From contig VXPQ01000001.1 of assembly GCA_009839485.1 (NCBI GenBank), positions 34,711-98,710 of the forward strand: 64,000 nt of DNA, in the 5' to 3' direction. The translations under genes were made by a program, and so were the position numbers. Position 1 is the stretch's first letter. Every line of letters begins with the position of its first letter. Below are positions 55,915 through 64,000 of this stretch, one piece after another. The notes beneath the pieces are model-generated. The model was not told the origin of the DNA and ran no database searches. It saw only the letters and a list, made by a program, of their open reading frames with translations. The DNA is from Bacteroidetes bacterium SB0662_bin_6. Lineage in GTDB: Bacteria > Bacteroidota > Rhodothermia > Rhodothermales > VXPQ01.

Positions 55915-57333
55915 CTACAAAACCTGACCGCTGGGCCGATACGCGCGCACATTACAGGAGCGGGCGGACACCTCGCGCAGGGAAACCCCCTGAGGCAGGG
56001 CGCCCAGCGTTCTGAGCTGGATCAGCGCATTGCCAAGCGCCGTCGCTTCGACGGGGCCGGCCGCCACAGGCCGGTTGCACGCCTGCGCCGTCAATACGCA
56101 CAGCAGGCTGTTCTGCGACCCCCCGCCCATGAGGTGCAGCACATCGATACGCTCTCCCGTCACCCGTTCCAGATCGATGAGCGCCCGGCGGTAGCTATCC
56201 GCAATGCTCTCCACGATCAGGCGGCATAACGCGCCGCGCGAGGCCGGAAGCGGCGATCCGTTTTCACGCAGCGTGTCCAGCAGGCGTTCTTCCATGCCGT
56301 CGCGGTGCAGAAAACGCGGATCCTCCAGGTCCACCACGACACCCATAGAGGGCGCTGCGCGAGCCTCCTCTTCCAGCGCATCCCACGCCACGCCCCCCCA
56401 CTCGCGCGCGCATTCCTGCAACACCCACAGACCGGTCAGGTTCTTGAGCAGGCGGATGGAACCGTCCAGCCCCGCCTCGTTTGTGAACCCGGCGGCGAGC
56501 GCCTCGGCCGTCACCACAGGCGTAGCGCGTTCCACCCCGAAAAGCGACCAGGTCCCGCAACTGATATAGGCCCATGCCGCATCCGGATCGACCGCCGGGG
56601 CAGCCGCTACAGCCAGCGCGGTGTCGTGACTGCATGTGGCAATGACCGCGATGTCCGGATGACCATGCACCGACCCGAGGATCGTGCCCGACGGAACGAT
56701 TTCGGGCCACCGAACGGGATCGAGACCGACTGTCCGCATGAGCGGGGCCGCCCACTCCCTCGTATGCACATCCATCATCTGCGTGGTGCTGGCCAGCGAC
56801 ACTTCGACAGCCCGCCTGCCTCCAAGCCGGTGGTTGAAATAATCGGCCATCATGAGGCAATGCGCCGCTTGCAGACCTTCTTCGGAATCGGCCACCCACT
56901 GGTACAGCGTGTTGAACGGCCAGGAGTAGATGCCGGTGCATTCGTAAATATCCTCCGGCGGCACCGTTTCAAATACCGTCTCCATCACTCCGTCGAGGCG
57001 ATGATCCCGGTAGCAATACGGTAAACCAACCGGAGATCCGTCTGCATCGAGCAACACATAATCGACGCCCCATGAGTCCACGGAAACCGAGCGAACCCCG
57101 GGCGCCTCGGCCAGCGCAGCCTGCAGCCCGATCCGTATCTCCTCCTCCATGGCGTGGATATCCCACCGGATATGCCCGTCTCCCTCCACGATGGGCGTCC
57201 CGAAACGGTGCACTTCCTGCATCTCCACACGCTCCCCGTCGAACCGGCCCAACACGACGCGCCCACTCGCAGCGCCAAGGTCCACGGCAAGCATATGTTG
57301 TGCCCGTTCCCGCATAGGGCCGCCGGTGTGCAT
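55915..57333 (-). CDS. rhaB: rhamnulokinase (FGGY family)
   Basis: ..MLAVDLGAASGRVVLG.. N-terminal FGGY motif. ..HLMGGGSQNSLL.. present. ATG candidates at 57333, 57315 and 57294, all downstream of the rhaI stop (57344). Confidence 0.8.
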   Translation of the reverse strand: MHTGGPMRERAQHMLAVDLGAASGRVVLGRFDGERVEMQEVHRFGTPIVEGDGHIRWDIHAMEEEIRIGLQAALAEAPGVRSVSVDSWGVDYVLLDADGSPVGLPYCYRDHRLDGVMETVFETVPPEDIYECTGIYSWPFNTLYQWVADSEEGLQAAHCLMMADYFNHRLGGRRAVEVSLASTTQMMDVHTREWAAPLMRTVGLDPVRWPEIVPSGTILGSVHGHPDIAVIATCSHDTALAVAAAPAVDPDAAWAYISCGTWSLFGVERATPVVTAEALAAGFTNEAGLDGSIRLLKNLTGLWVLQECAREWGGVAWDALEEEARAAPSMGVVVDLEDPRFLHRDGMEERLLDTLRENGSPLPASRGALCRLIVESIADSYRRALIDLERVTGERIDVLHLMGGGSQNSLLCVLTAQACNRPVAAGPVEATALGNALIQLRTLGALPQGVSLREVSARSCNVRAYRPSGQVL

Positions 57334-57343
57334 CCGGTTACGA

Positions 57344-58627
57344 TCAGAGGCTTTGCGGCGGAACGTACGCGGCGCCGGTGCGCGCCTCGGAAACCTGCTC
57401 ACGGTACCGTGAGGCCCGGAACGCGCCCACAGGGTCGATGGCGCCCCCAAGACGTTTGCGAGCGGCCGCCGCCAATGCACTCACATCCGTCTCGTAGGCT
57501 TCCCGGAGCGTCTCCTCGGCCATCAGCACATCGTTCGTTTCCTGGTAATGCGCCAGCGCATCGCGCCGCACGATAAGCGCGCGGGCCCAGGATTTCTGCA
57601 GCCGGTCCACCGTTTGCAGAAGCGCTTCGACCGGATCCTTCACGTTATGGCTCTGGTCGATCATGTACGAAGGGCTCGCGGGCAGCGCGCCGTCCGCAAG
57701 GGCATCCGCCAATTCGTTGAATATAAGAAATAACTGGTAGGGTTTGATGGAGCCGGATGTGAGATCATCGTCTCCGTACTTCGCATCGTTGAAATGAAAA
57801 CCGCCCAGTCTGCCCGCCGTGATGAGGCGCGCCACCACCTGCTCGACATTCACATTCGGGAGATGGTGCCCCAGATCGACCAGACACGACGCCCGCTCCC
57901 CCGTCTCCCGCGCCAGCATAAGCGACGATCCCCAGTCGGACACCACCGTGGCGTAGAACGCCGGTTCGAACGGCTTGTGTTCGATGAACAGGTTCCAGTC
58001 CGAAGGCATCGCCTCGTACACGTCCGCCAGACAATCCCGTACCCGCTCGTAGGCCTTGCGCAAATGCGTCTGTCCCGGATAATTGGCCCCGTCGCCCAGC
58101 CAGATCGTCAGCGCGTTCGAACCCAGCGCGGCGCCCACTTCGACCACATGCAGATTGTGCGCCACCGCTTGTTTGCGCACCGAGGGATCCGTGTGCTGGA
58201 ACGATCCGAACTTGTAGCTAACCGTCTGACCGGCCTGATCCTGAAAGGTGTTCGAGTTTACGGCATCGAATGCAAGCCCAAGCGCCGCGGCCTGCTCCCG
58301 CAGGGCCTGCGGATCGTCGGGTTCGTCCCAGGGAATGTGGAGCGATATCCGCGAGGCCGAGCCGGTGAGCCGGCGCACCACGGACACATCCTGCATTTTC
58401 TCGAATACGTCGCGCGGCTCGCCCCCGCCCGGAAAACGCCCGAACCGCGTGCCGCCGGTCCCCAGGGCCCACGAGGGCACCGCCACCTCAAAAGCAGCCA
58501 CCTGCTCCACGACCGCATCAGGGTCCAGGCCGCGGCGGCGCAGTTGTTCGTCGAGATGCGCATAGTCGCTGCGCCAGGCTTCGTCGCATTCCCGGTTCGA
58601 AGCGTCGATCTGATCCGGTGTCATCAT
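57344..58627 (-). CDS. rhaI: L-rhamnose isomerase, Pseudomonas stutzeri (RhaI) type
   Basis: ..FEVAVPSWALGTGGTRFGRFPGGGEPRDVFEK..ISLHIPWD..DLGHHLPNVN..GGFHFNDAKYGDDDL..MIDQSHNV.. is collinear with the P. stutzeri enzyme. Confidence 0.85.
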   Translation of the reverse strand: MMTPDQIDASNRECDEAWRSDYAHLDEQLRRRGLDPDAVVEQVAAFEVAVPSWALGTGGTRFGRFPGGGEPRDVFEKMQDVSVVRRLTGSASRISLHIPWDEPDDPQALREQAAALGLAFDAVNSNTFQDQAGQTVSYKFGSFQHTDPSVRKQAVAHNLHVVEVGAALGSNALTIWLGDGANYPGQTHLRKAYERVRDCLADVYEAMPSDWNLFIEHKPFEPAFYATVVSDWGSSLMLARETGERASCLVDLGHHLPNVNVEQVVARLITAGRLGGFHFNDAKYGDDDLTSGSIKPYQLFLIFNELADALADGALPASPSYMIDQSHNVKDPVEALLQTVDRLQKSWARALIVRRDALAHYQETNDVLMAEETLREAYETDVSALAAAARKRLGGAIDPVGAFRASRYREQVSEARTGAAYVPPQSL

Positions 58628-58726
58628 GGCGTCAGGACAATAGGAATGAAACAGGAAGGTAAACTATGGGGGAGGTAAAATGCGGACCTTGCCGGCATGG
58701 CGCAGCGCGTATGCTGCCGGCTCCTG

Positions 58727-58903
58727 TCAGGAAGCATCGGCGCGGCCCATCCAGAACGAGGCGGTCGAAAACCAGAGCACGGCGCCCACAAGCATAAGCA
58801 CCGCATGCGTGCGCCAGGAAAGCACGCCCGCAAGCACCAGCACAGCCGGAACGACCGTCAGGGCAAGGCCGCTGTACGACAGTATTTTCAGCACGGTGGT
58901 CAT
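58727..58903 (-). CDS. 58-aa predicted two-helix membrane protein (below the ORF-track cutoff)
   Basis: Hand translation: MTTVLKILSYSGLALTVVPAVLVLAGVLSWRTHAVLMLVGAVLWFSTASFWMGRADAS*. G/C-rich third positions. Sits between the permease and rhaI on the same strand. Confidence 0.4.
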   Translation of the reverse strand: MTTVLKILSYSGLALTVVPAVLVLAGVLSWRTHAVLMLVGAVLWFSTASFWMGRADAS

Positions 58904-58969
58904 TGGCGTATGATTGCGTACAGGGCGACGAATCGCTGTATGATGAAACGATGATGCAAGGCGGAAACG

Positions 58970-60385
58970 TTACGATTGCGCGGCAGGAGACGCCCGACCC
59001 GATCGTTGCCGGATCACGCTAAGCCCGATAAACAAACCCGTTGCGATGAACCAGCCGGGCAGGCCCAGAAAAAATATATCCCATCCCCAGATCACATGCA
59101 TCAACCGGCAGGCGGCCAGCGTCCCTATCCATGTCAACGCAGCGGGCCAGTCGAAAGCGATCTGTTTCCAGCCGGCGTATCCGGAGCGCAGACCCATCTT
59201 CGGCAGAATCCAGAAATCGGCGAAAATCACCGCCCCCATCGGCATCAGAATGAGCCCGTAGAGCGCCACAAAGTCAAGCAGGCGCATCATCAGCGCGGGA
59301 AACAGGGCCGCCACGGTCGTAACCCCTCCCACCGCGAGGGTCACCTTCCAGCGCTTCCAGTTCGGAGTGATGGTCTGCATGGCCAGCCCGGCGCGGTAAA
59401 TCGTCGGGTTCGCCGTAGTCCACCCGGCCACCACCACGGCGATCAACCCCGCGATTCCCGCTCCGAGCCACGCAATCGGGCCGGGCGCCACTTCGCCCCC
59501 CTGCTGAATAGCCAGCGCCACCAGCACGCCCGACGCCACCCAGGCCATGTAATGTCCGAGATACATCCCGAAGGCGCTGGCGAAACCGTACTGCCATTTT
59601 CTGGCGTACCGCAGAATGGTCAGGTCCGCCATGCCTATATGCATGGCCATGTTCGCAAACCAGGCAAAAAACGTTACATGCCAGAAGGTGAACCGGACGC
59701 GGCCTTCCACCGGCACGCCCGTCCATATCTTCTCGTTCGCCACGGTCCGCAGATCCTCGAACGACCGCACCCCCAACTCCGGCAGTACGGCCAGCCCCGC
59801 AGCCAGAAACACGAGCAGCAACCACGGCGAAGCGATCTTGGAAAAGCGTGCAATCCTGTCGAACCCGAGCACGGCGAGCACGGTCACCACGCTTCCGACC
59901 GCCAGCACCGTCACCACCCATGCGGCGCTGTTGGGATACAGGTCGCTCAGGCCCGGCATGGGCATATCGAACGGAATGCCCACCGCCGTGGCCGCCACGG
60001 AAATCATCGCCCCCGCCAGAAAACAGAACATCAGGGCGTTGACGATATTGTAGGCGAAAAGCAGATTGGGACCGGTGATCTTCCGCAGGTGCCAGTACAG
60101 ATTCAGCCGGGTCCTTGTGCCGATGGGCGCGCACAGAAAAGCCCACGACAATACAGCCAGCAAATTTCCCACCAGCAGGCCCAGCAGCAGATCGCCCGTC
60201 GCTACGCCATGTGCCACGAAAAGCGGCCCGATCACGAATTCGGTGCCCGCCACATGCTCGCCGGCATACAACCCGATAAACCCGCCCGGCCCCCTCAGGC
60301 GGTCTTCGGAGACCGGCTCCCGATCGAATTCGTTGATCGCGTCGAGGCGGGCGGCAAGAGTGCTTCCGGGGGAAGAATCCGTCAT
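58970..60385 (-). CDS. NCS1-family (purine-cytosine permease-like) transporter
   Basis: Internal ATG at 60385. ..FDREPVSEDRLRG.., ..LLVGNLLAVLSWAFL.., ..ILRYARK.., ..MGAVIFADFWILPK.. parallel CodB blocks. About 12 hydrophobic segments. Confidence 0.7.
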   Translation of the reverse strand: MTDSSPGSTLAARLDAINEFDREPVSEDRLRGPGGFIGLYAGEHVAGTEFVIGPLFVAHGVATGDLLLGLLVGNLLAVLSWAFLCAPIGTRTRLNLYWHLRKITGPNLLFAYNIVNALMFCFLAGAMISVAATAVGIPFDMPMPGLSDLYPNSAAWVVTVLAVGSVVTVLAVLGFDRIARFSKIASPWLLLVFLAAGLAVLPELGVRSFEDLRTVANEKIWTGVPVEGRVRFTFWHVTFFAWFANMAMHIGMADLTILRYARKWQYGFASAFGMYLGHYMAWVASGVLVALAIQQGGEVAPGPIAWLGAGIAGLIAVVVAGWTTANPTIYRAGLAMQTITPNWKRWKVTLAVGGVTTVAALFPALMMRLLDFVALYGLILMPMGAVIFADFWILPKMGLRSGYAGWKQIAFDWPAALTWIGTLAACRLMHVIWGWDIFFLGLPGWFIATGLFIGLSVIRQRSGRASPAAQS

Positions 60386-60713
60386 GGAACAGGCCTGGAT
60401 ATGGCGCGGGCGAATCACGGAAAAAGGGTATTCCAATCAACACATTGCAGAAACCCCGCAAACAACCTCTTCCGAAAACACGGCATGCCCAAAATACGAT
60501 ACCGAACCACGAATTCCGCAACGGCATTCCTCACATAGTTTTTACTTGACATTCCTGCCCTGTGCACAGCATTTTAGCAGGATAGGCCTGTCGGTTCGGT
60601 TCAATAATTAACAACGCATCGATCCACCGGCGAAATTGATTCCCTGACGAGCGGCAGGGTTCAAGCCTCATCAAACCGCTCTTTTCTTACGATTTTCAGC
60701 ACCTGTACACACC

Positions 60714-61547
60714 ATGACCAACACGAATGCCGACCCGATCTACACCATGGGACGCAGCGAGGGAGAAACCGAGCGCCTCATTTCCCAGTCGCTGCTCTAC
60801 GAGGGCATCACCCTTCGCTTTTTCAGGGAAGCCGGCATCGCTCCGGGTATGAAGGTGCTGGACGTCGGCAGCGGCGCCGGAGACGTGTCGCTCGCCGTTG
60901 CCGGAATCGTCGGCCCGGAAGGCCGCGTGATCGGCGTGGACATGAACCCGGATATCGTAGAAACCGCCCGGGCGCGCGCCGAAGCCGCCGGACACGAACA
61001 CGTCGAATTCGTGGCGGGCGACGCCCGTACGCTGGACATCGGAAACGATTTCGACGCCGTGGTGGGCCGGCTCGTGCTCATGTACATGGCCGATCCCACG
61101 GAAGCCGTGAGAGGATTCGTGCAGCGCCTTCGCCCCGGCGGCATTGTCGCGTTTCAGGAGGCGGACTTAGCCCGATACCGCACCTTCGAACACCCGGAAA
61201 CGCCTCTGCTGAACCAGATCAAGGACTGGGTCATTGCGGTGTTCGAGCAATCCGGGGCCTCTGTAGACATGGGCTTCGGCCTGTACCGCGCCTTCGTGGA
61301 CGCCGGCCTGCCCGCCCCGATGATGCACTACGAAGCACTCCTGGGCGGCGCGGATACGTGGACCGGCTACCCGTACGCCGTGCAGGCATTCGCAAGTTTC
61401 CTGCCGCTCTTCGAACAATTCGGCATTACGACCGCGGAAGAAGTGGGTCTGGACACGCTGGAAGAACGCCTTAAGCAGGAGGTGAAGACCTCAAAACGCC
61501 CCCTCCTCCTGCCGCCGCATGTGACGGCGTACGCACGGGTGGGGTGA
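60714..61547 (+). CDS. class I SAM-dependent methyltransferase
   Basis: ..MKVLDVGSGAGDVSLAVA.. is motif I. ..VIGVDMNPD.. and ..FDAVVGRLVLMYM.. are present. Confidence 0.75.
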   Translation: MTNTNADPIYTMGRSEGETERLISQSLLYEGITLRFFREAGIAPGMKVLDVGSGAGDVSLAVAGIVGPEGRVIGVDMNPDIVETARARAEAAGHEHVEFVAGDARTLDIGNDFDAVVGRLVLMYMADPTEAVRGFVQRLRPGGIVAFQEADLARYRTFEHPETPLLNQIKDWVIAVFEQSGASVDMGFGLYRAFVDAGLPAPMMHYEALLGGADTWTGYPYAVQAFASFLPLFEQFGITTAEEVGLDTLEERLKQEVKTSKRPLLLPPHVTAYARVG

Positions 61548-61566
61548 TACGGATGGTGCGACCAGT

Positions 61567-61592
61567 CCAAACATAATCCCGGCAGCACGAAA
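61567..61592 (+). repeat. 26-bp direct repeat, copy 1
   Basis: CCAAACATAATCCCGGCAGCACGAAA. 25/26 identical to 62287-62312. Confidence 0.7.
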
Positions 61593-61610
61593 AACGTACG
61601 GGCATCTATC

Positions 61611-61949
61611 TCATGCCGTAGAATATTGCATCCCGGGATTGGGCGCCTTCATCTGCATAAATGGAACAGCCTCGCCCAAAAGGCGGGCCGCACAAACAGG
61701 ATCAATGGCTACAAACGATTCTTCATTCTGGTCTACTCCCACATCGTAGTACATCTGCTCGCCCTTCAAATACAGCTTGATTACAAACTGCTCCGACCTG
61801 GCTAAAATCCTGGCCCGGTCAGGCCCGCCATCCGACTCTCTCGCAACCATCTCCCAGGCGAATTTGTCTCTGAACATACGCGCCTTTTCACCCGTTAACC
61901 GCACAAAATCGGGCGGAATGTTAATTATCATTTTCTCTTTGTCTTTCAT
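61611..61949 (-). CDS. hypothetical 112-aa protein (A+T-rich islet)
   Basis: ATG verified. 11 nt downstream of the 61961-62173 ORF on the same strand. No family recognised. Confidence 0.45.
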   Translation of the reverse strand: MKDKEKMIINIPPDFVRLTGEKARMFRDKFAWEMVARESDGGPDRARILARSEQFVIKLYLKGEQMYYDVGVDQNEESFVAIDPVCAARLLGEAVPFMQMKAPNPGMQYSTA

Positions 61950-61960
61950 GACAACACGGG

Positions 61961-62173
61961 TTAAGACACAAAGAACGAAAGGATCGCTGCCGCAACAGCC
62001 CCAAGTGCGGAAACCCAGGCAATTGCGAGACGCGTGGCTATCCCTCTCCAGAACACTTTCTCTACTTCGGATATTTTAGATGTTATTTCCTTGTCAATAT
62101 ACTCCTGAAAAGAAAGATTAACCCCCACATCGGTTGGTTTTTCCCTGGTCAACCTGCTCGTTTCAATTTGCAT
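61961..62173 (-). CDS. hypothetical 70-aa protein with C-terminal transmembrane helix
   Basis: ATG verified. The C-terminus ..IATRLAIAWVSALGAVAAAILSFFVS is hydrophobic. No family recognised. Confidence 0.4.
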   Translation of the reverse strand: MQIETSRLTREKPTDVGVNLSFQEYIDKEITSKISEVEKVFWRGIATRLAIAWVSALGAVAAAILSFFVS

Positions 62174-62286
62174 CGCTCCTGCGCCGCCTCCAGCGACTCA
62201 AATTCCGGGTACCTGCGTACGATCGCCGGGAATCAGTGCGGGCGCAACCGGAAAACCGGTCGTCGCTCCATAGACTCTCCGCTGGC

Positions 62287-62312
62287 CCAAACATAATCCC
62301 GGCAACACGAAA
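62287..62312 (+). repeat. 26-bp direct repeat, copy 2
   Basis: CCAAACATAATCCCGGCAACACGAAA. Lies in the divergent gap between the small-ORF pair and the recombinase gene. Confidence 0.7.
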
Positions 62313-62387
62313 CCTGGTTTGTACGAACGCTTTCCTGCAACAGGAAAGAAGTGTCCGCATCACAAAAAAACAAACCCGGAAATAGCT

Positions 62388-63320
62388 ATGACCACCCAAG
62401 CCCCGCAAGCGACCCATATCCATGCCGATACCAATCTGATCAGCCGATTTCTTTCGAAATACGAACGCCCCAATACGGTTCGTATTTACCGTTATCACCT
62501 GAGCAGATTCTTCGGAGTGGAGTCAGTGACCATGAAAGAAGCGGCAGCGATCACCACCGAGTACGTTAACAGGCAAATCGAAAAAGCCGAAAACGTGCTC
62601 GCGCCGGCTACCGTCGAAGGGTTCGTAACCTCCATAATAATCTTCTTCGACTGGCTTTGCGCCATCGACGTCATTCGCAAAAATCCTGCGAACAAGCACC
62701 TTATCCGAAGGTGGAAGAAAGGGGGCAGAGCACAGCGAAAAATATTCGCCTTGTCGAAAGAAGAATCTCAGCGCCTGCTGGACGCAACACTGGTTAGCCC
62801 CTTCCACGACCGCTGCAATACGGCCAAGCGCAATCACGCGATTGTACTAACGCTTCTCAACTGTCTGCTCCGGCGCTCCGAAATGGGCGCCATGAACGTG
62901 GAGCACATCCGAAGTCTGGATGGGCATTGGGTCATAGACCTGCCGGAAACGAAGGGCGGCGCCGATCAATTCGTGAAGGTCCCTGCGCATGTGATCAAGG
63001 AAATACAGGAAATGCAGACATTTTACGGGATCGAATCCGGGCCGCTCTGGAGATCGATGGAAGGCCGAACGAAAGGCAAACGGCTGTGTACGCGGCAGAT
63101 ATGCAACATTATCAAGAAAGCGGCAAAGCGAGCCGGCCTGCCTCCCGAAATATCCACGCATACGCTCAGGCATACGGGATGCACGCTTGCCCTGGAAGCG
63201 GGCGCAACCCTCCATCAGGTGCAGATCCATGCGCGGCACAAAAACATCAACACCACCTTGCGCTACATTCACCAGCGCGACAAACTCAACAACTCCGCGG
63301 CCGACTTTATAGGGATATAA
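62388..63320 (+). CDS. tyrosine recombinase / phage-type integrase
   Basis: Internal ATG at 62388. ..LLRRSEM.. (Arg I), ..HTLRHTGCTLALEAG.. (H-x-x-R), ..HKNINTTLRYIH.. (His/Tyr) are the catalytic motifs. Confidence 0.85.
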   Translation: MTTQAPQATHIHADTNLISRFLSKYERPNTVRIYRYHLSRFFGVESVTMKEAAAITTEYVNRQIEKAENVLAPATVEGFVTSIIIFFDWLCAIDVIRKNPANKHLIRRWKKGGRAQRKIFALSKEESQRLLDATLVSPFHDRCNTAKRNHAIVLTLLNCLLRRSEMGAMNVEHIRSLDGHWVIDLPETKGGADQFVKVPAHVIKEIQEMQTFYGIESGPLWRSMEGRTKGKRLCTRQICNIIKKAAKRAGLPPEISTHTLRHTGCTLALEAGATLHQVQIHARHKNINTTLRYIHQRDKLNNSAADFIGI

Positions 63321-63345
63321 TCCCTGTTCTGCGGTATTGCATGAG

Positions 63346-63387
63346 AAAGAAGCCCCGCCCCGGTTATCCGGAGCGGGGCTTTCTTTT
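63346..63387 (+). terminator. intrinsic terminator after the recombinase gene
   Basis: AGCCCCGC (63351-58) pairs with GCGGGGCT (63373-80). An inner CCGG/CCGG stem closes a TTAT loop. Followed by TTCTTTT. Confidence 0.6.
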
Positions 63388-63537
63388 GAAGAGGGCTTCG
63401 GCACGGCATCATTTCCATCAAGTGCCCTTATGGGAACACACTGAGCGCGTACACCTGCCTGGACACACCCACCCATAACAAAATGACCATTCTCTGTGAG
63501 AGTGGCGCGTCATTTTAACCAACATTGAGCATAAGCC

Positions 63538-64000
63538 ATGACGTTCTTGCTTCAGAAATTCAATGCGATCAACCGCACTCGCACAGAGACGCGGGCCCGA
63601 AGCGGCTTGCGGTCTCCCGCAAGCGGCATCGCTTTCACCGGCCGCCTTGTGGTGGTTTGCCTGTTGCTTGCGGGCTTCCTGGGTGTGGGCTCCGCAGTGG
63701 CGCAGACAGCGCAGCAACAGCCCATAATTCTTCGCGTAGGGGGCGGAAGCGCTACGCTTAGCCTTACAAGTGAAGGCGCCTCCTCCGCCACCGGAGTCCA
63801 TCATTACGTGCTTAACGATGGAGACGGTGTCACCCCCTCGAGTCACACCAATTTCGTCGCGGGTACGCATGCCCATGTGGTAGTTAATAGCGACAACCTG
63901 ACCGTTACTCCACTTTCGGCGGGCAAAGTCAAACTGGCTTTGGCTCCGAATCCTGATCAGGACCTTACCACCGGAGCAGACGGTACTAATAACGGTACGC
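63538..64000 (+). CDS. secreted hypothetical protein, N-terminal part (runs off the window)
   Basis: Frame 1 is open from ATG 63538 to the window end: MTFLLQKFNAINRTRTETRARSGLRSPASGIAFTGRLVVVCLLLAGFLGVGSAVAQ/TAQQQPIILRVGGGSATL... The hydrophobic signal-like segment makes it preferable to the listed 63525 and 63418 ORFs. Confidence 0.4.
   Translation, partial: MTFLLQKFNAINRTRTETRARSGLRSPASGIAFTGRLVVVCLLLAGFLGVGSAVAQTAQQQPIILRVGGGSATLSLTSEGASSATGVHHYVLNDGDGVTPSSHTNFVAGTHAHVVVNSDNLTVTPLSAGKVKLALAPNPDQDLTTGADGTNNGT

Noticed and set aside
60657-60667. GGGTTCAAGCC resembling a tRNA T-loop, which might mark a tRNA-fragment att site upstream of the islet.
   Set aside because: The flanking bases cannot form the 5-bp T-stem (CAGGG versus CTCAT) and no acceptor stem follows. 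There is no tRNA here.
61567-63320. Classifying the recombinase plus repeats as a bona fide integron.
   Set aside because: The repeats lack the integron attC/attI core (GTTRRRY) and the imperfect-palindrome structure. I cannot verify the IntI-specific insertion from sequence alone. It is kept only as a geometric analogy in the finding.
63418-63876. 152-aa minus-strand ORF and the 63525-63761 plus-strand ORF.
   Set aside because: Both are Arg/Cys/Gly-rich with no signal or domain pattern. The frame-1 plus ORF from 63538 is open to the window end and has a plausible signal peptide.
1-64000. CRISPR arrays, rRNA/tRNA genes, prophage structural genes and classical defence systems.
   Set aside because: No regularly spaced short repeats, no rRNA- or tRNA-like segments in any intergenic gap, and no recognisable restriction, Cas, Abi or toxin-antitoxin families were seen. 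The only candidate for an accessory cassette is 61.6-62.3 kb.

Overview
High-G+C bacterial chromosome segment. Gene content points to the FCB group (Bacteroidota/Rhodothermota-like): T9SS-type C-terminal sorting domains, PorV/PorQ-like barrels, DUF4249 lipoproteins and TonB-dependent receptors with a CarboxypepD_reg-like N-domain. This taxonomic call is an inference. No rRNA, tRNA or CRISPR array was seen. Layout: (i) 1-9.8 kb holds sugar-oxidising and sugar-modifying enzymes, five with twin-arginine (Tat) signal motifs: three Gfo/Idh/MocA (one partial), ApbE, an esterase, a metallophosphoesterase, a xylose-isomerase-like TIM barrel, and a GMC flavoprotein with a Tat small subunit. (ii) 10.1-44.4 kb holds 19 co-directional minus-strand genes that read as two diverged tandem copies of a ~17 kb supermodule. 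Each copy runs: large TonB receptor, T9SS-CTD surface protein, PorV/PorQ-like barrel, CRTAC1 (FG-GAP/ASPIC-UnbV) and TPR lipoproteins, small TonB receptor, DUF4249 lipoprotein. I recognised no SusD, glycoside hydrolase or regulator in it; this is the best candidate for an undescribed system. (iii) 44.6-50.9 kb holds a Zn-ADH, iolA/mmsA, iolC, a LacD-family aldolase and a UxaE-like epimerase. (iv) 50.9-60.4 kb is a minus-strand L-rhamnose operon: NCS1-type permease, 58-aa membrane ORF, rhaI, rhaB, rhaEW, lutABC. (v) 60.7-64 kb holds a SAM methyltransferase, then an A+T-rich islet in which two small ORFs are bracketed by 26-bp direct repeats next to a tyrosine recombinase, then a partial secreted protein. 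A 157-nt hairpin-forming element occurs twice (9.9 kb and 49.4 kb). The ORF track labels GTG/TTG starts as M, so several starts were re-placed by reading the DNA. The many long opposite-strand ORFs are codon-aligned antisense shadows.
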